Shown: positions 12,960 to 24,400 of the stretch, one piece after another
Layout of the letters: every line of letters begins with the position of its first letter
Numbering within the stretch: the first letter of the stretch is position 1
DNA from: Octopus bimaculoides
Lineage: Eukaryota
Assembly: GCF_001194135.2 (NCBI RefSeq)
Contig: NC_068988.1
Location: 80,991,874 to 81,055,742 of the forward strand
Direction of reading: 5' to 3'
Length of the DNA stretch: 63,869 nt
Translations under genes and position numbers: made by a program
Notes under the pieces: model-generated
Seen by the model: only the letters and a program-made list of their open reading frames with translations
Told to the model about the DNA's origin: nothing
The model's database searches: none

Positions 12960-13335
12960 ATCCAATTCTATGCTGGGGCACTGCCTTGAAGAGTTTTTAA
13001 TCAAACAAACTGACCTAAGAGCTTATTTTTTTTTACCAAAGCCTAGTACTTATTCTATCAGTCTCTTTTGCCAAACCACTAAGTTATGGGACATAAACAC
13101 GTTAACACTGATTGTCAAGCAGTGATGGGGGACAAAGACACACACACAAAGATATATATACATTTGTTTATATATATATGACCAGTTTCTTTCATTTTCT
13201 GTCTACCAAATCCACTCACAAAGCTTTGGTTGGCCAAGGCTATAGTAGAAGTCACTTGCCCAAAGTGCCATGCAGTGGACTGAACTTGGAACCATATGGT
13301 TGGGAAGCGTGCTTCTTACCACACAGCCACACCTG
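12960..13335 (-). mobile_element. Copy of the bipartite SINE
   Basis: Reverse-complement similarity to 3658-4072. Half copies also occur at about 47-195, 13780-13975 and 62225-62320. Confidence 0.85.
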
Positions 13336-14322
13336 CATGTACACTTTTATTTGGTTTTAAGTTGCTAAAGGGGATTTCAGGGAGAAATGGCTGTTATTTC
13401 TCGCAGGTCATATGATTACATCAAAATTCCTTTATTGTCTCATATTATTTTACTTATTAACAGTTGTGGAAGGGATAGTGGAGTCATTTGAAAAAGAAGA
13501 GGCAAATGATTTTCTTATTCAACTAAGTAACCCTCTAATGTGTACCACTTGAAGGACTTGAGGATTGAGAGACAAGTCAAGTCTTTCAGGACATTTTCCT
13601 GAAGAAATGTGGATGAGCATGGTGATTTTGGGATGGCTGAATGGATTTACCCTCAATTTTCAATGGCAGACTCATAATAGACAGAAAGGATTTGACTTGG
13701 ATTTGAAAGGCAATCAAAAATGTCAGATGTCTTTACTTATCTTTTGGGATGCAGGTATGTGTAATATAAGTATATATATCTTTTACCTTTTATCTTTTTC
13801 TTGTTTCAGTTATTTGACTACTACCTTGAAGGGTTTTTAGTCAAACAAAGTGATCCCAAGACTTATCCCTTTAAAGCCTAGTATTTATTCTATTGGTCTC
13901 TTTTGCCAAACTGCAAAGTTACAGGCACACTGGTTGTCAAATGGTGATGGAAGGACAAACACAAAGACACACACATTAATATATATACATACATATATAT
14001 GCATATATGTTTATATATACATATATACATATATATACATACATACATATATATATNNNNNNNNNNNNNNNNNNNNNNNNNNNNNNNNNNNNNNNNNNNN
14101 NNNNNNNNNNNNNNNNNNNNNNNNNNNNNNNNNNNNNNNNNNNNNNNNNNNNNNNNNNNNNNNNNNNNNNNNNNNNNNNNNNNNNNNNNNNNNNNNNNNN
14201 NNNNNNNNNNNNNNNNNNNNNNNNNNNNNNNNNNNNNNNNNNNNNNNNNNNNNNNNNNNNNNNNNNNNNNNNNNNNNNNNNNNNNNNNNNNNNNNNNNNN
14301 NNNNNAGAATGAACAGAAGTTT

Positions 14323-14451
14323 AATCTTACAGCTGTTTCGGCCTAGCTTTAGCATACCCCATTCTATCCGAATATTTCTTGCTGGAGTGATTATCAGATG
14401 ACATGTTGAAATGGGGTTACATACCCGAACTGCTAGGCCTCTTCAGAGATT
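14323..14451 (-). ncRNA. Type I hammerhead ribozyme motif with long stem II (Penelope/retrozyme type)
   Basis: Minus strand reads AATCT-CTGAAGA-GGCCTAGC-(84 nt)-GCTAGGCC-GAAA-CAGCTG-TA-AGATT. All core nucleotides are present, with a 5-bp stem I, an 8-bp perfect stem II base and a palindromic stem III. Predicted GUA cleavage is between 14328 and 14327. Confidence 0.85.
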
Positions 14452-14819
14452 CACAAAGGGTTTCATACAAATATAGAGCAAGAGGTAAAAACAGAGGTGT
14501 AGGAGAGACAAGAACAAAAACAATGGCAAAAATAAGATAGAAATAAAAATAAAAAATAAAATAAAAATAAAAATAAGGGTACAGCAGGAAAAAAATAATA
14601 ATAATAAAAAATACATAAATGAAAAATGAAAGTATAGCATATGGGAAATGTAAAAATATGTAAAAAAAAACTTAAAAATACAAGGCACACAAAGAGCCTA
14701 CAAACATTATAAATAGCTATAGACACTCCAATGCATATATATATATGTGTGGGTTCATGTGCATATGCTATACTTTCATTTTGAAAGGATAGCATATCTG
14801 AAAGTATGTCTTGAATTCC

Positions 14820-16200
14820 AGAGGAATTCAAAACAGGATGCCACTGGGAGCTCCTCTATGCTGATGACCTTGCTCTAATTGCTGAGTCACTATCAGACCT
14901 AGACGAAAAGTTTCAGGTGTTGAAGCAAGGATTAGAATTGAAGGGCCTTAGAGTCAACCTAGCTAAAAGTAAAGTCTTAATAAGTAGGAAGGCAGACAAA
15001 CTACAAATCGCTTCAGGTAGATGGCCTTGCTCAATCTGTAGAAAAGGTGTAGGTAGAAACTCCATAAGATGTACCCAGTGTAAGCTATGGACACACAATG
15101 CTCAGGTGCTATAAACACTGAAAATGTGCAGAGAACAGCTTCTGTCACATTCTAGGGAGAAAAACTACAAGTAGTTGATAGCTTCTGTAACCTAGGGGAC
15201 CGAGTCAGTAGTGAGGGTGGATGCTCTGAAAGTGTAGCTGCTAGAACAAGAATAACCTGGGCAAAGTTCAGGGAGCTCCTACATCTGCTGGTGACAAAGG
15301 GCCTCTCACTCAGAGTAAAAAGTAGACTATATGATGCATGTGTATGAACAGCCATACTACATGGCAGTGAAACATGGGCCATGACTGCTGAGGATATGCG
15401 TAAGCTTGCAAGGAATGAAGCCAGTATGCTCCACTGGATGTGTAATGTCAGTGTGCATACATGACAGAGTGTAAATATCTTGAGAGAAAAGTTGAGCCTA
15501 AGAAGCATCAGTTGTGGTGTGCAAGAGAGATGATTGCGCTGATATGGGTATGTATTGTGAATGAATGAGGACAGCTGTGTGAAAAAGTGTTACACCCTAG
15601 CAGCTGAGGGTACCTGTGGAAGAGGTAGACCCAGGAAGATCTGGGATGAGGTGGTAAAGCACGACTTTTGAACATTGGGCCTTACTGAGGCAATGGCTGG
15701 TGACAGAGACCTTTGGAGATATGCTGTGCTTGAAAAGACCCGGCAAGCCAAGTGAGACCATTACCTGTGGCCTATGCCAGTAGGTGTAACCAGCCCACTT
15801 ATGAGTACCTCTCATTCATTGGACAATAAACTTTGCTTGTGAAGACCTGTTGAGGCAAGTCAAATCAAAATCAAAATCACTGACGTGGCTGATGACATAC
15901 TGCATGATTGGTACTCATGCCAGTGGAACATCAAAAGCACCATCCGAGCGTGATCATTGCCAGGGCCGCTGATTGGCTCCCATGCTGGTGGCATGTAAAA
16001 TGCACCATTCAAATGTGATTTTGCCAGTGTCGTCTAACTGGCACATGTGCCATTGGCATGTAAAGAAACAGCATTCATGCATGTTCGTTGCCAGTGCCGC
16101 TGGACTGGTTCCTGTGCAGGTGGCACGTAAAAAACACCTTTTGAGCGTAGTCGTTGCTGGAACCGCCTGACTGGCCCTCATTGCCTGTGGCACAACTACC
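14820..16200 (+). mobile_element. 5'-truncated RTE-clade LINE (RT C-terminal half and 3' UTR with tandem repeats)
   Basis: EEFKTGCHWELLYADDLALIAES...GLRVNLAKSKVL..WPCSICRKGVGRNSIRCTQC...LHGSETWAMTAED...GRGRPRKIWDEVVK. Several stops. Confidence 0.92.
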
Positions 16201-16589
16201 AATAGTCACAGCAGTAGGGATTCTACTAACTTAAGCTCACACCATACTACTCCCTACAACCCTAACACTCTCCACTAGCCGTGATGACAGCCCACCTACT
16301 CCCATTCATGTTGTCAATATGCTAAATGCACAGAACACTAACACTTGTGCTGGAAATCTTTCTGTTATACCACCCACCCTTGTGTCTTTATCTAGAAGCC
16401 AAATCTCTTATGACAATACCCAGTACCAACGGCCTCTGAACCCAGATTCAGCAACTAATTATAATCATAATAGTATTGATCATAATAATATAAACCCCAG
16501 CAACTATCATACAAACACCAGTAGCTCTCACGAGCTTGAACTAATGCGGTATAATAATGTTGGATTGCATACCCATAATAATAAATTTC

Positions 16590-17480
16590 AAGTATTAGAA
16601 AATATTGGGTGCAATTGTTTAGACAAAATATCTTGTCCGCTTTATGGTTAATGTCTAGCCGTAAATGTGGTTTACAAATGTGATGTTGTAAGGTGACTAA
16701 TACTTATATCAGCTGCTCTGTAAATCTCAAGGGGCATTTACATAACCACTATTTTTCTTTCTTTGATATCCGATTTGCTATTTTCTCTAACTCTGTACAC
16801 GGTGTAGTTTATTATATAACCCCATCCTTCTTTAGACACCTTATTGATAAGTAGTACTCTACTTTTACTAAAACTTCAATTCCATAAAAGTTAGATCTTA
16901 TTATTTGATTGCCTTCAAACTCTCTCCCAACTTTCAACCAATATCCACAGAATACCCCTAAATTCTGTGTATCTCTGTCCACTCTCTTTGTCATTTAGCA
17001 TCAGCTAATGATTCCTATATCCTGACCCTATGCCTAATTGGCTTGTCTGCTTTTATGTTTTCTTTGCCCTCACTTTGGTTTTATTTATTATTTCTTTCTT
17101 TATTCTTAATTTATATTAAGACCTCTCCTTACTTCCCACTGCTCTAAGCCTACTATAATAAAATATCACCTACACCCCACTCCAGTCTACCTATGACTAG
17201 TCTAGCAGACTCCTTTCTCACCCAGGTCACTGATCTTTGATATAGTTACACACTTTCAAGAACTATATTCTTAACCTTAACAGCCAACTTAGTTGGTCAT
17301 TCTCTCATTTCATAGTTGACCTTGACAGACTTCAGCCACACCCCTGCTATATTTTTGTGATATTCTTTTGTTTGTAAAATTACCACTCATCTGTTGATTA
17401 CGGTCTTTTGTAATGGAGTAATGTTCTCATTCTTCTATTGAAAAGTTACGTATGAAACAGCTGTAATGAGCTGACAATTA
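16590..17480 (+). mobile_element. Penelope-like element relic (GIY-YIG endonuclease end, T-rich 3' region, hammerhead)
   Basis: Translation GCNCLDKISCPLYG*CLAVNVVYKCDVV / TYISCSVNLKGHLHNHYFSF resembles the PLE CPLxGxCL..VYKC..YIG..NH..SF signature. Contains stops and a frameshift. Confidence 0.7.
17386..17470 (+). ncRNA. Degenerate type I hammerhead ribozyme at the 3' end of a Penelope-like relic
   Basis: CTCAT-CTGTTGA-TTACG...CGTAT-GAAA-CAGCTG-TA-ATGAG. Same GAAACAGCTGTA as the 14.3-kb copy, but A6>T in the core and a T-T mismatch at the stem II base. Confidence 0.7.
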
Positions 17481-17568
17481 CCCATTATATGTTATTATTC
17501 ATATATACACACATATATACAGATATATACAAATATGCTTGCACGCATACACACACATATACTATATA

Positions 17569-18786
17569 TTAGGTCGTCAAGTATGAAATTTGTAGAAAAA
17601 AAAAAGTTTGCAAATGTTTAATAAATACAAGGAATAGTTTTAGTCATCAAAGTATGCACCCATATTGTCAATACACTTTTACCATTTCAGCAGTAGCTTG
17701 TCCAGCCTGGAACTGCAAAAGCAATCTAAAGTCAATAAGATCTTAGAAGGCCTGTTTTACAGCATCGTCAGAATTAAATTTTTTTCCTATCAAAAAGTTA
17801 TCCAAATTCTGGAAGAAGTGGTAGTCAGTGGGGGCAAGATCATGTGAGTATGGTGGATGATGGAGAACTTCCAACTCCAACTCCTGTAGTTTCGCCAATG
17901 TCATTATTGTGATGTGTGGTCTGGTGCTGTTTTGCAATAAAATAGGAGTGGATCTGTTTGACTAATCTAGGCTGTTTTTTTTTTGTAAGTTTCTGCATCA
18001 TTTGGTCCAGCTGGCTGCAGTATACTTTGGCCATGATTGATGAGCCAGGTTTAATGAAATCATAATGGATCTCACCTGCACCAGACCACCAAACACCAAC
18101 CATCAACTTCTTTTGATGAATTTTGCTTTTTAGACTTTGTTTTAGTGGCTCATCTTTGTCCAACTATTGTGCTGAATGTTTATGGTTGTTGTATTGGATC
18201 CATTTCTCATCACATGTTACAATTCAATTCAAAAATGATTCATTTTTGTGGCACGAAAGTAGCATAATGCAGGCTTCCAAACGTTGCTGTTTCTGATTTT
18301 TATTGAGTTCATGTGGAACCCACTTATCCAACTTTTTCACTTTACCGATTTGAACTAGGTGAGTCAATATTGTTTGCTTGCTAATACCAAACAACAACAA
18401 TAATTCACGGGCACTGGATCTGATTCGATGGTGGCTTTCAGTCTGTCATTATTCACCTTTGTTTCTCGTTGATACTGTCTGCTGTGTAATAACATTAGAA
18501 TGAAATACTCCATTAGTATTCCAAGCTGTCTGTAATGCTGTATTTCCAAGAAAGAACTCATATTTCAAAACTGTATGAATTTCTGACTTATCCCTCTCTA
18601 AACAAAAATAGTAAAAAACGATTTATAAATACTTTGTAAAGTGCAAAATGAGTTAGAATAAAGAAATAGATGTGTCAGCTTTTATAACAAAAAATAAAGA
18701 TTTTCAAAATATAATAATGGCGCAAAATGTGCAGCTGTCAAAGTTTACCATATACCTTACTACAAATTTCATACTTGACAACCTAT
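17569..18786 (-). mobile_element. Near full-length decayed mariner (Tc1/mariner) transposon, about 1.2 kb
   Basis: TIRs ggtcgtcaagtatgaaatttgta (17572-17594) and tacaaatttcatacttgacaacc (18761-18783), 22/23 match, flanked by TA. Transposase fragments include KWVPHEL, TCDEKW, KKLMVGVWW and HPPYSHDLAPTDYHFF, with stops and frameshifts. Confidence 0.92.
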
Positions 18787-21001
18787 CGAAACGTCTAGTT
18801 AGAATAGAGACAGCTGATGAATGGATATTCCAAGTGGCTTTCCGTTTTCCTATGTGTTCGTTCCGTTGTCTGTAGTTCATTGTTCTAACGTCCTGTACCC
18901 TGATATGCACATATATACACATGTAGATGTAAGTATGTACATATATGTGTGTATACATGTATATATATTCTTTGTATTATATATATATATATATATATAT
19001 ATGTTAAGTATCTATTCTTTTGTCTGATTCGATATTAATCCCCACCCTCACATACACACACTGTCTTTTATGTATGTAATTAGTACCCAGTATCCAGTCC
19101 TCTTGTAGCAATTTTTAAAAAAAGTAATTTATTTTCATTATTCTTTCAGCAGCCATAACTCTGGAGGCAAATAAAACAACCACATTTATTGTTTCAACAG
19201 ATGCCATTCTGCAGAATTCTGTTGGTTTAAATTTGTGTGAGTGAACAACAAATAAATGCTTCACTCCTACTTCACAGTTGAATAGAAAGTGGTACAGAAA
19301 GACAAGCAGCTGTGGAAACAATTACTTGCAACAGGTAAACCATCCCACCTCCCATATCAGTGTGTATTGGTGTGTGTAAATGTGTGTACGTGTGGGGGGA
19401 TTCTAGATGTAAAGTATAGGAAACAAAAATAGCAAGTTCTTGGAATTGGTAAAGACAGTAGGGGATTGGACAAAATGTGGAATGGCATTTCAATTCCTCA
19501 TGTTCTAAGTGCAAATGCTGCTAGGGTAGAGTATATGAGGGAAAGTGGTGGAAACAGGATATAAACTGCTAAATCTTCAGCTGGCATTTCAGTGCACTTG
19601 TTTGATGCAATCACCTTGCTTTTCACATATGATAAAAGGTTTGTGGGGAGTGGGGAGAAAGCGGAAGTGAGATTGTTGACATTCATTGGCCTAATTGAAG
19701 GGCATTTGTGACATTAAGGATGAGAAATGGCTTCAGGTGGGAATGGAAACTAGCTTGCTGCTTGCTATGTCATCACTCCAAACACCACAACCATCCCTAC
19801 ATTGCCATCATTCCAACTCCCCTCACCCCATCATCATCTTAGCCTTATCACCATAATAAACTCACCACTATCATCATATTTATCTCAACTGTATCTCCCC
19901 CTCCACTACTACTACTACTNNNNNNNNNNNNNNNNNNNNNNNNNNNNNNNNNNNNNNNNNNNNNNNNNNNNNNNNNNNNNNNNNNNNNNNNNNNNNNNNN
20001 NNNNNNNNNNNNNNNNNNNNNNNNNNNNNNNNNNNNNNNNNNNNNNNNNNNNNNNNNNNNNNNNNNNNNNNNNNNNNNNNNNNNNNNNNNNNNNNNNNNN
20101 NNNNNNNNNNNNNNNNNNNNNNNNNNNNNNNNNNNNNNNNNNNNNNNNNNNNNNNNNNNNNNNACCCAGACCCACCGCCACCACTAGTAGTAGTAGTAGT
20201 AGTTCTTAGTTCCAAACTGGTTTCCCAGTTATCATAGGTTGGATAGTTTTACAGTATTTTCTCTTTCCACCTCATGTTTACTCCATCTCTCTCTCCCTCT
20301 CTTATGCAATTTCTTCTGCATGATATAATGTTCTGAACTTTTACAAGTTCAGATGTTGCTCTCTTACTTTTTCCAAGTCTTCTTTTTCTATTTTCTGCCC
20401 TTGACTGACTACTTTTCCCATCAGTTCCGTTCGTTCTCACGACATGCTTTCTGCATGCAATGCTTAATGATTCTAACACATGGCAACTCTCAAATTACAT
20501 TTCGTTTTTTTCCTTCTTTTTTTTTTTCTTTTGATTTCCTTCTTTCAAGTTCATTTAGCTCATTCAGTGAATCAGATATATAGCTTTCCTGCTAACTCAT
20601 ACTGTTTAGTTTGAAGATTCAAGCAAGAAAATTATTTCCAATTCTCTCTGTAACTTTCTTAACATTATCATCATCTCGATCATTGTCCTTCTCCCCATCA
20701 TGTTTTTTTTTTTTTATTATTATGCTTTTCTGGAACAAACAAGATGTATCTTTAGAGTAACACTTTTAATTTAGCTACTGTGTTTGAACCTATGACCATT
20801 GGGTTTGTTTTTACATCTGCTTTTTCATGATGAAAAGTTCTGCATCCTGACAGGTTCTTTTCAAGGTGGTATTTCATATTCTCCATTATGAATGCAATGG
20901 AAATAACTAGAACTGTACAGTTTTACTATTCAGATCTGACTTCAAATTCTGCTTAGAACAATACATAAGTTTATTTTCCTCTTGTATAAAGTCAGCATCG
21001 T

Positions 21002-21385
21002 GGAGGCGCAATGGCCCAGTGGTTAAGGCAGCGGACTCGCGGTCATAGGATTGCGGTTTCGATTCCCAGTCCGGGCGTTATGAGTGTTTATTGAGCAAAA
21101 ACACCTAAAACTCCACAAGGCTCCGGCAGGGGATGGTGGCGAACTCTACTGTACTCTTTCACCACAACTTTCTCTCACTCTTTCTTCCTGTTTCTGTTGT
21201 GCCTGTAATTCAAAGGGTTAGCCTTGTCACACTGTGTCACGCTGAATATCCCTGAGAACTACGTTAAAGGTACACGTGTCTGTGGAGTGCTCAGCCACTT
21301 GCACATTAATTTCACGAGCAGGCTGTTCTGTTGATCGGATCAACTGGAACCCTCGACATCGTAAGCGACGGAGTGCCAACAACAA
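21002..21385 (+). mobile_element. Second tRNA-derived SINE family with (CAA)n tail
   Basis: A box tggcccagtgg, B box ggtttcgattcc, and tail gacggagtgccaacaacaa. Confidence 0.85.
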
Positions 21386-23208
21386 AGTCAGCATCAGTAA
21401 TTTTATTCCCAGAACCAAAATTAGTTTTGTGTCAAGCCAGATCTTATCAGTCAAATTTATAATTTAATCCTAACAAATATTTATCTGAAAATGTGTTTAA
21501 AATAGAATAGGAATTTACTTCTAAAAAAAAAAATGAAAGAAATCCTAACCTTGCCCTTGAAACACCCAGCATCTGCTCCATAAATCCCTTCTGATATCTG
21601 TGAGCCTTATAAGCTCACAACATTCCCAAGTAGACACAATCACCGAGGTTAACGACCTCTGCTTTTTAGTTCTTAAAAAAAGAAACACTAATAATGTAGT
21701 ACTGGATACACTGGCCTTATATAAAAATTAGTTGATCAAGGCATGAATGAATGCCTTCTAATCATAAATTTGTTAAATGGAGACTGATTTGAGGTTAAGC
21801 AATAACAACAGGGATTTTCTTAATTTAGAGGGGTGTTGTGACTGTTAAACACATCAAACTATCTCACCTACTTTCTCTCTGTGTATGCACATTATCATAG
21901 GAAGTTGTATGCTAGCAGTGGCAATAGTCTTTTCTTTCTTCTAGGTTATGATAACATTTAGAATATAACCACACTGTTCTCTGTGTTAAAGCAGAGTTGT
22001 TGGCAAATACAAAGGACTGTGAAACCTCATGTTATGCTAGTCTTTTCATGTCAGTTAAATAGTTTCAAAACAGTATCAATTTGGCTAATTACTGAAGATA
22101 ATAGGATTATTTAGAGCAATTATAGCTAGATCCACAATTTATTGAGTTGGCAGTTGTAAAATAACATAACAGTTATTGGCAATTAAATAAAATATTGATT
22201 TAGATGATACCGGGGACTATGAAAGAATGAACTGCAAACAATTTTAACAATTTGTTATTGTTTAGCTCCAGGTCATCCTGATTAATTAGACTTTGATCAA
22301 AAGTATTCCAGCCATGACTATTACATCTTTTTGTTAAGTACACACAACCCACAATGGCATTATCTCATCTGTCTTTTTGTAAAATAGCGAAAGATGATGG
22401 GAAGGAGATTTGAGGCTATTTTTTTGCAGGTTGTGTGGTCATGTAAAGGCTCTCTCTTTGGCTCATTAACAAGTTGTTAGAAATGGTAATGGCTGACATT
22501 TACTTTGTTCTATCCATTATATTTTTTAGGTTAAGATAATTAATTTTTAAACATTTTTATTTATTATTTCATCATAGGAGGAAGAGCAACAACCATTATT
22601 CACTTCTGGGTTTCTGAGACTGATGAGAGGATGTTATCACCAGATCAGAGACTGCTCAGAACGAACTTTACTGAAGGCATCCCAGGGCTGGGTGATGGTG
22701 TAAACCAGGCATTGGATTAAGCCTATCTCTCAATCAGCCAGATGCATAACAATTATCTTAATTTTTAGGTTATAATGAGTTAGATTAAAAGAAATATCAA
22801 TAGGTTGGGGGAAAAAATTACATGAGCTGATGAAACAAGACTTCAGAGAAGATAGAAGTTAGTTACCTCCTTCTACTATACTCATTCTCTCCTTCTCCAC
22901 AACCACTAGCACTATCGCTGATACCACTATCACCATCATTAGCCTTTGAGCCTAATGTAGGCACAAGGTTAGCAATTTTGAGGAGTGAAGGGTCAATTGA
23001 TCCCATTTACCTCACTATTTTACTGGTACTTTCTTTTATCGATCCCTGTGAGATAAAAGGTAAAGTTGACTTCAGCAAGGGTTGAACTCAGAAAATAAAG
23101 AGCCAAAGCAAGTATTGCAATCTATTATACTCAACATTCAAACAATTCTGCCAATCCATCTACCTTTGATCATGTTTAAATATTACAAATGACTCTCGTG
23201 CAAATATA

Positions 23209-23430
23209 TACGAGATGCATTCCAGACGTTTTCAGAAGAAGCATTTATTAATTTCAAAGAAGTACAAAATTCAATCTCCTTCAAAGTAAGATTCTCTGAC
23301 TCAATGCACTTGTAGCACGCAAGCCACTTCATGAAGGCTGCATGGAATCCTCCAAAGTGAAGATGTTTAGGAACCTTGTTACAGCCTCCATCTTCTCAAT
23401 GTCTTTTGTTGCCCATCCTTGCCAAGTAGT
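23209..23430 (-). mobile_element. 3' end relic of a second, different mariner family
   Basis: TACGAG-type terminus. Minus translation MEAVTRFLNIFTLEDFHAAFMKWL..YKCIE..YFEGD* (with frameshifts) resembles mariner transposase C-termini. Confidence 0.6.
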
Positions 23431-24116
23431 TGGTTACCACTGGATAGAATTGAGATAAGCAATATTTAGTAGGGTGTGTTCAAAGTGCTGTTACAACCAT
23501 CTCTTTCAATCAGGAATAACAAAAGTGGCAGGTCAGCTTATTAGATGTATAGTAATAATATAGTAAAATTACAATAATCAAAGTCAGTTGTAACTGCTTC
23601 TCCTAAAAAAAGTTTAAAAACTGCTGGAATGCTCCTTGTATGTGGTTAAAAACAATGCTTAGGTGAACCTCTATTTCCACCCCGGGTAACAGGGTGGGTG
23701 GTTAAATATTCATAAGTTTTTGTAATAATAAATGTCCAGGTTCAGCTCTACAGCATGAGTCTTCATATAAACCTATACCTTGTGAATGAAACTAGATAGG
23801 TTGGTGGAAACTATACAGGGAAGCCCATCAGATGCATTGTATCTGTAATTCAAAGGGGACCAACCGGATCACACAGTATTACACTGATTCTGCTTGAGAA
23901 TCCTGTTAATAGTACACATGTCTGTGAAATACTCAGCCACTTACACACGGATTCAGGAGCAAGTAAATCAGTTGTTCAAATGACATGGATTGAAATGTAG
24001 ATGGATCTCCGTTGGTTTTGATGATGAACCATTTACATTTCAAACCATGCTATTGGTTTATTTTGGTTATTTCCCTTTTTTTCCATACTTTGTTTATTTC
24101 ACACTTACATTGACAT

Positions 24117-24400
24117 GCTTCCAGTTGATCCGATCGACGGAATAGCATGCTCACAAAATTAACGTGCAAGTAGCTGAGCACTCTACAGACATGCATACCC
24201 TTCATGTAGTTCCCAGGGAGAATTAGAGTGACACAGAATGTGATAAGGCTGGCCCTTTGAATTACAGGTACTACTCATTTTTACCAGCTGAGTGGACTGG
24301 AGCAACATGAAATAAAGTGTCTTGTGTATGGACACAACGTGCCACTGGTTTTTGAACTCACGATTGTGAGCCAAATCTCCCAACCACAAAGCCACAGCTT
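24117..24400 (-). mobile_element. SINE sharing the 3' half of 21002-21385 but with a different 5'/central part
   Basis: ccagttgatccgatc...ccctttgaattacagg is the reverse complement of 21205-21350. The remainder differs. An older + copy lies at about 23730-23965. Confidence 0.7.

Noticed and set aside
13610-13680. DFGMA kinase-like motif in another frame
   Set aside because: Bounded by nearby stops, with no other kinase motifs.
18787-18830. cgaaacgtcta followed by ctgatga next to the mariner end
   Set aside because: Possibly PLE debris, but the flanking helices needed for any hammerhead topology are not present.
21002-21075. tRNA-like sequence with A and B boxes
   Set aside because: No complete cloverleaf or acceptor stem, and it continues into a SINE body and tail.
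22820-22860. SECIS-like ATGA..AAA..GA downstream of the 22578 candidate exon
   Set aside because: Helix II would be only about 5 bp, far shorter than canonical SECIS elements.
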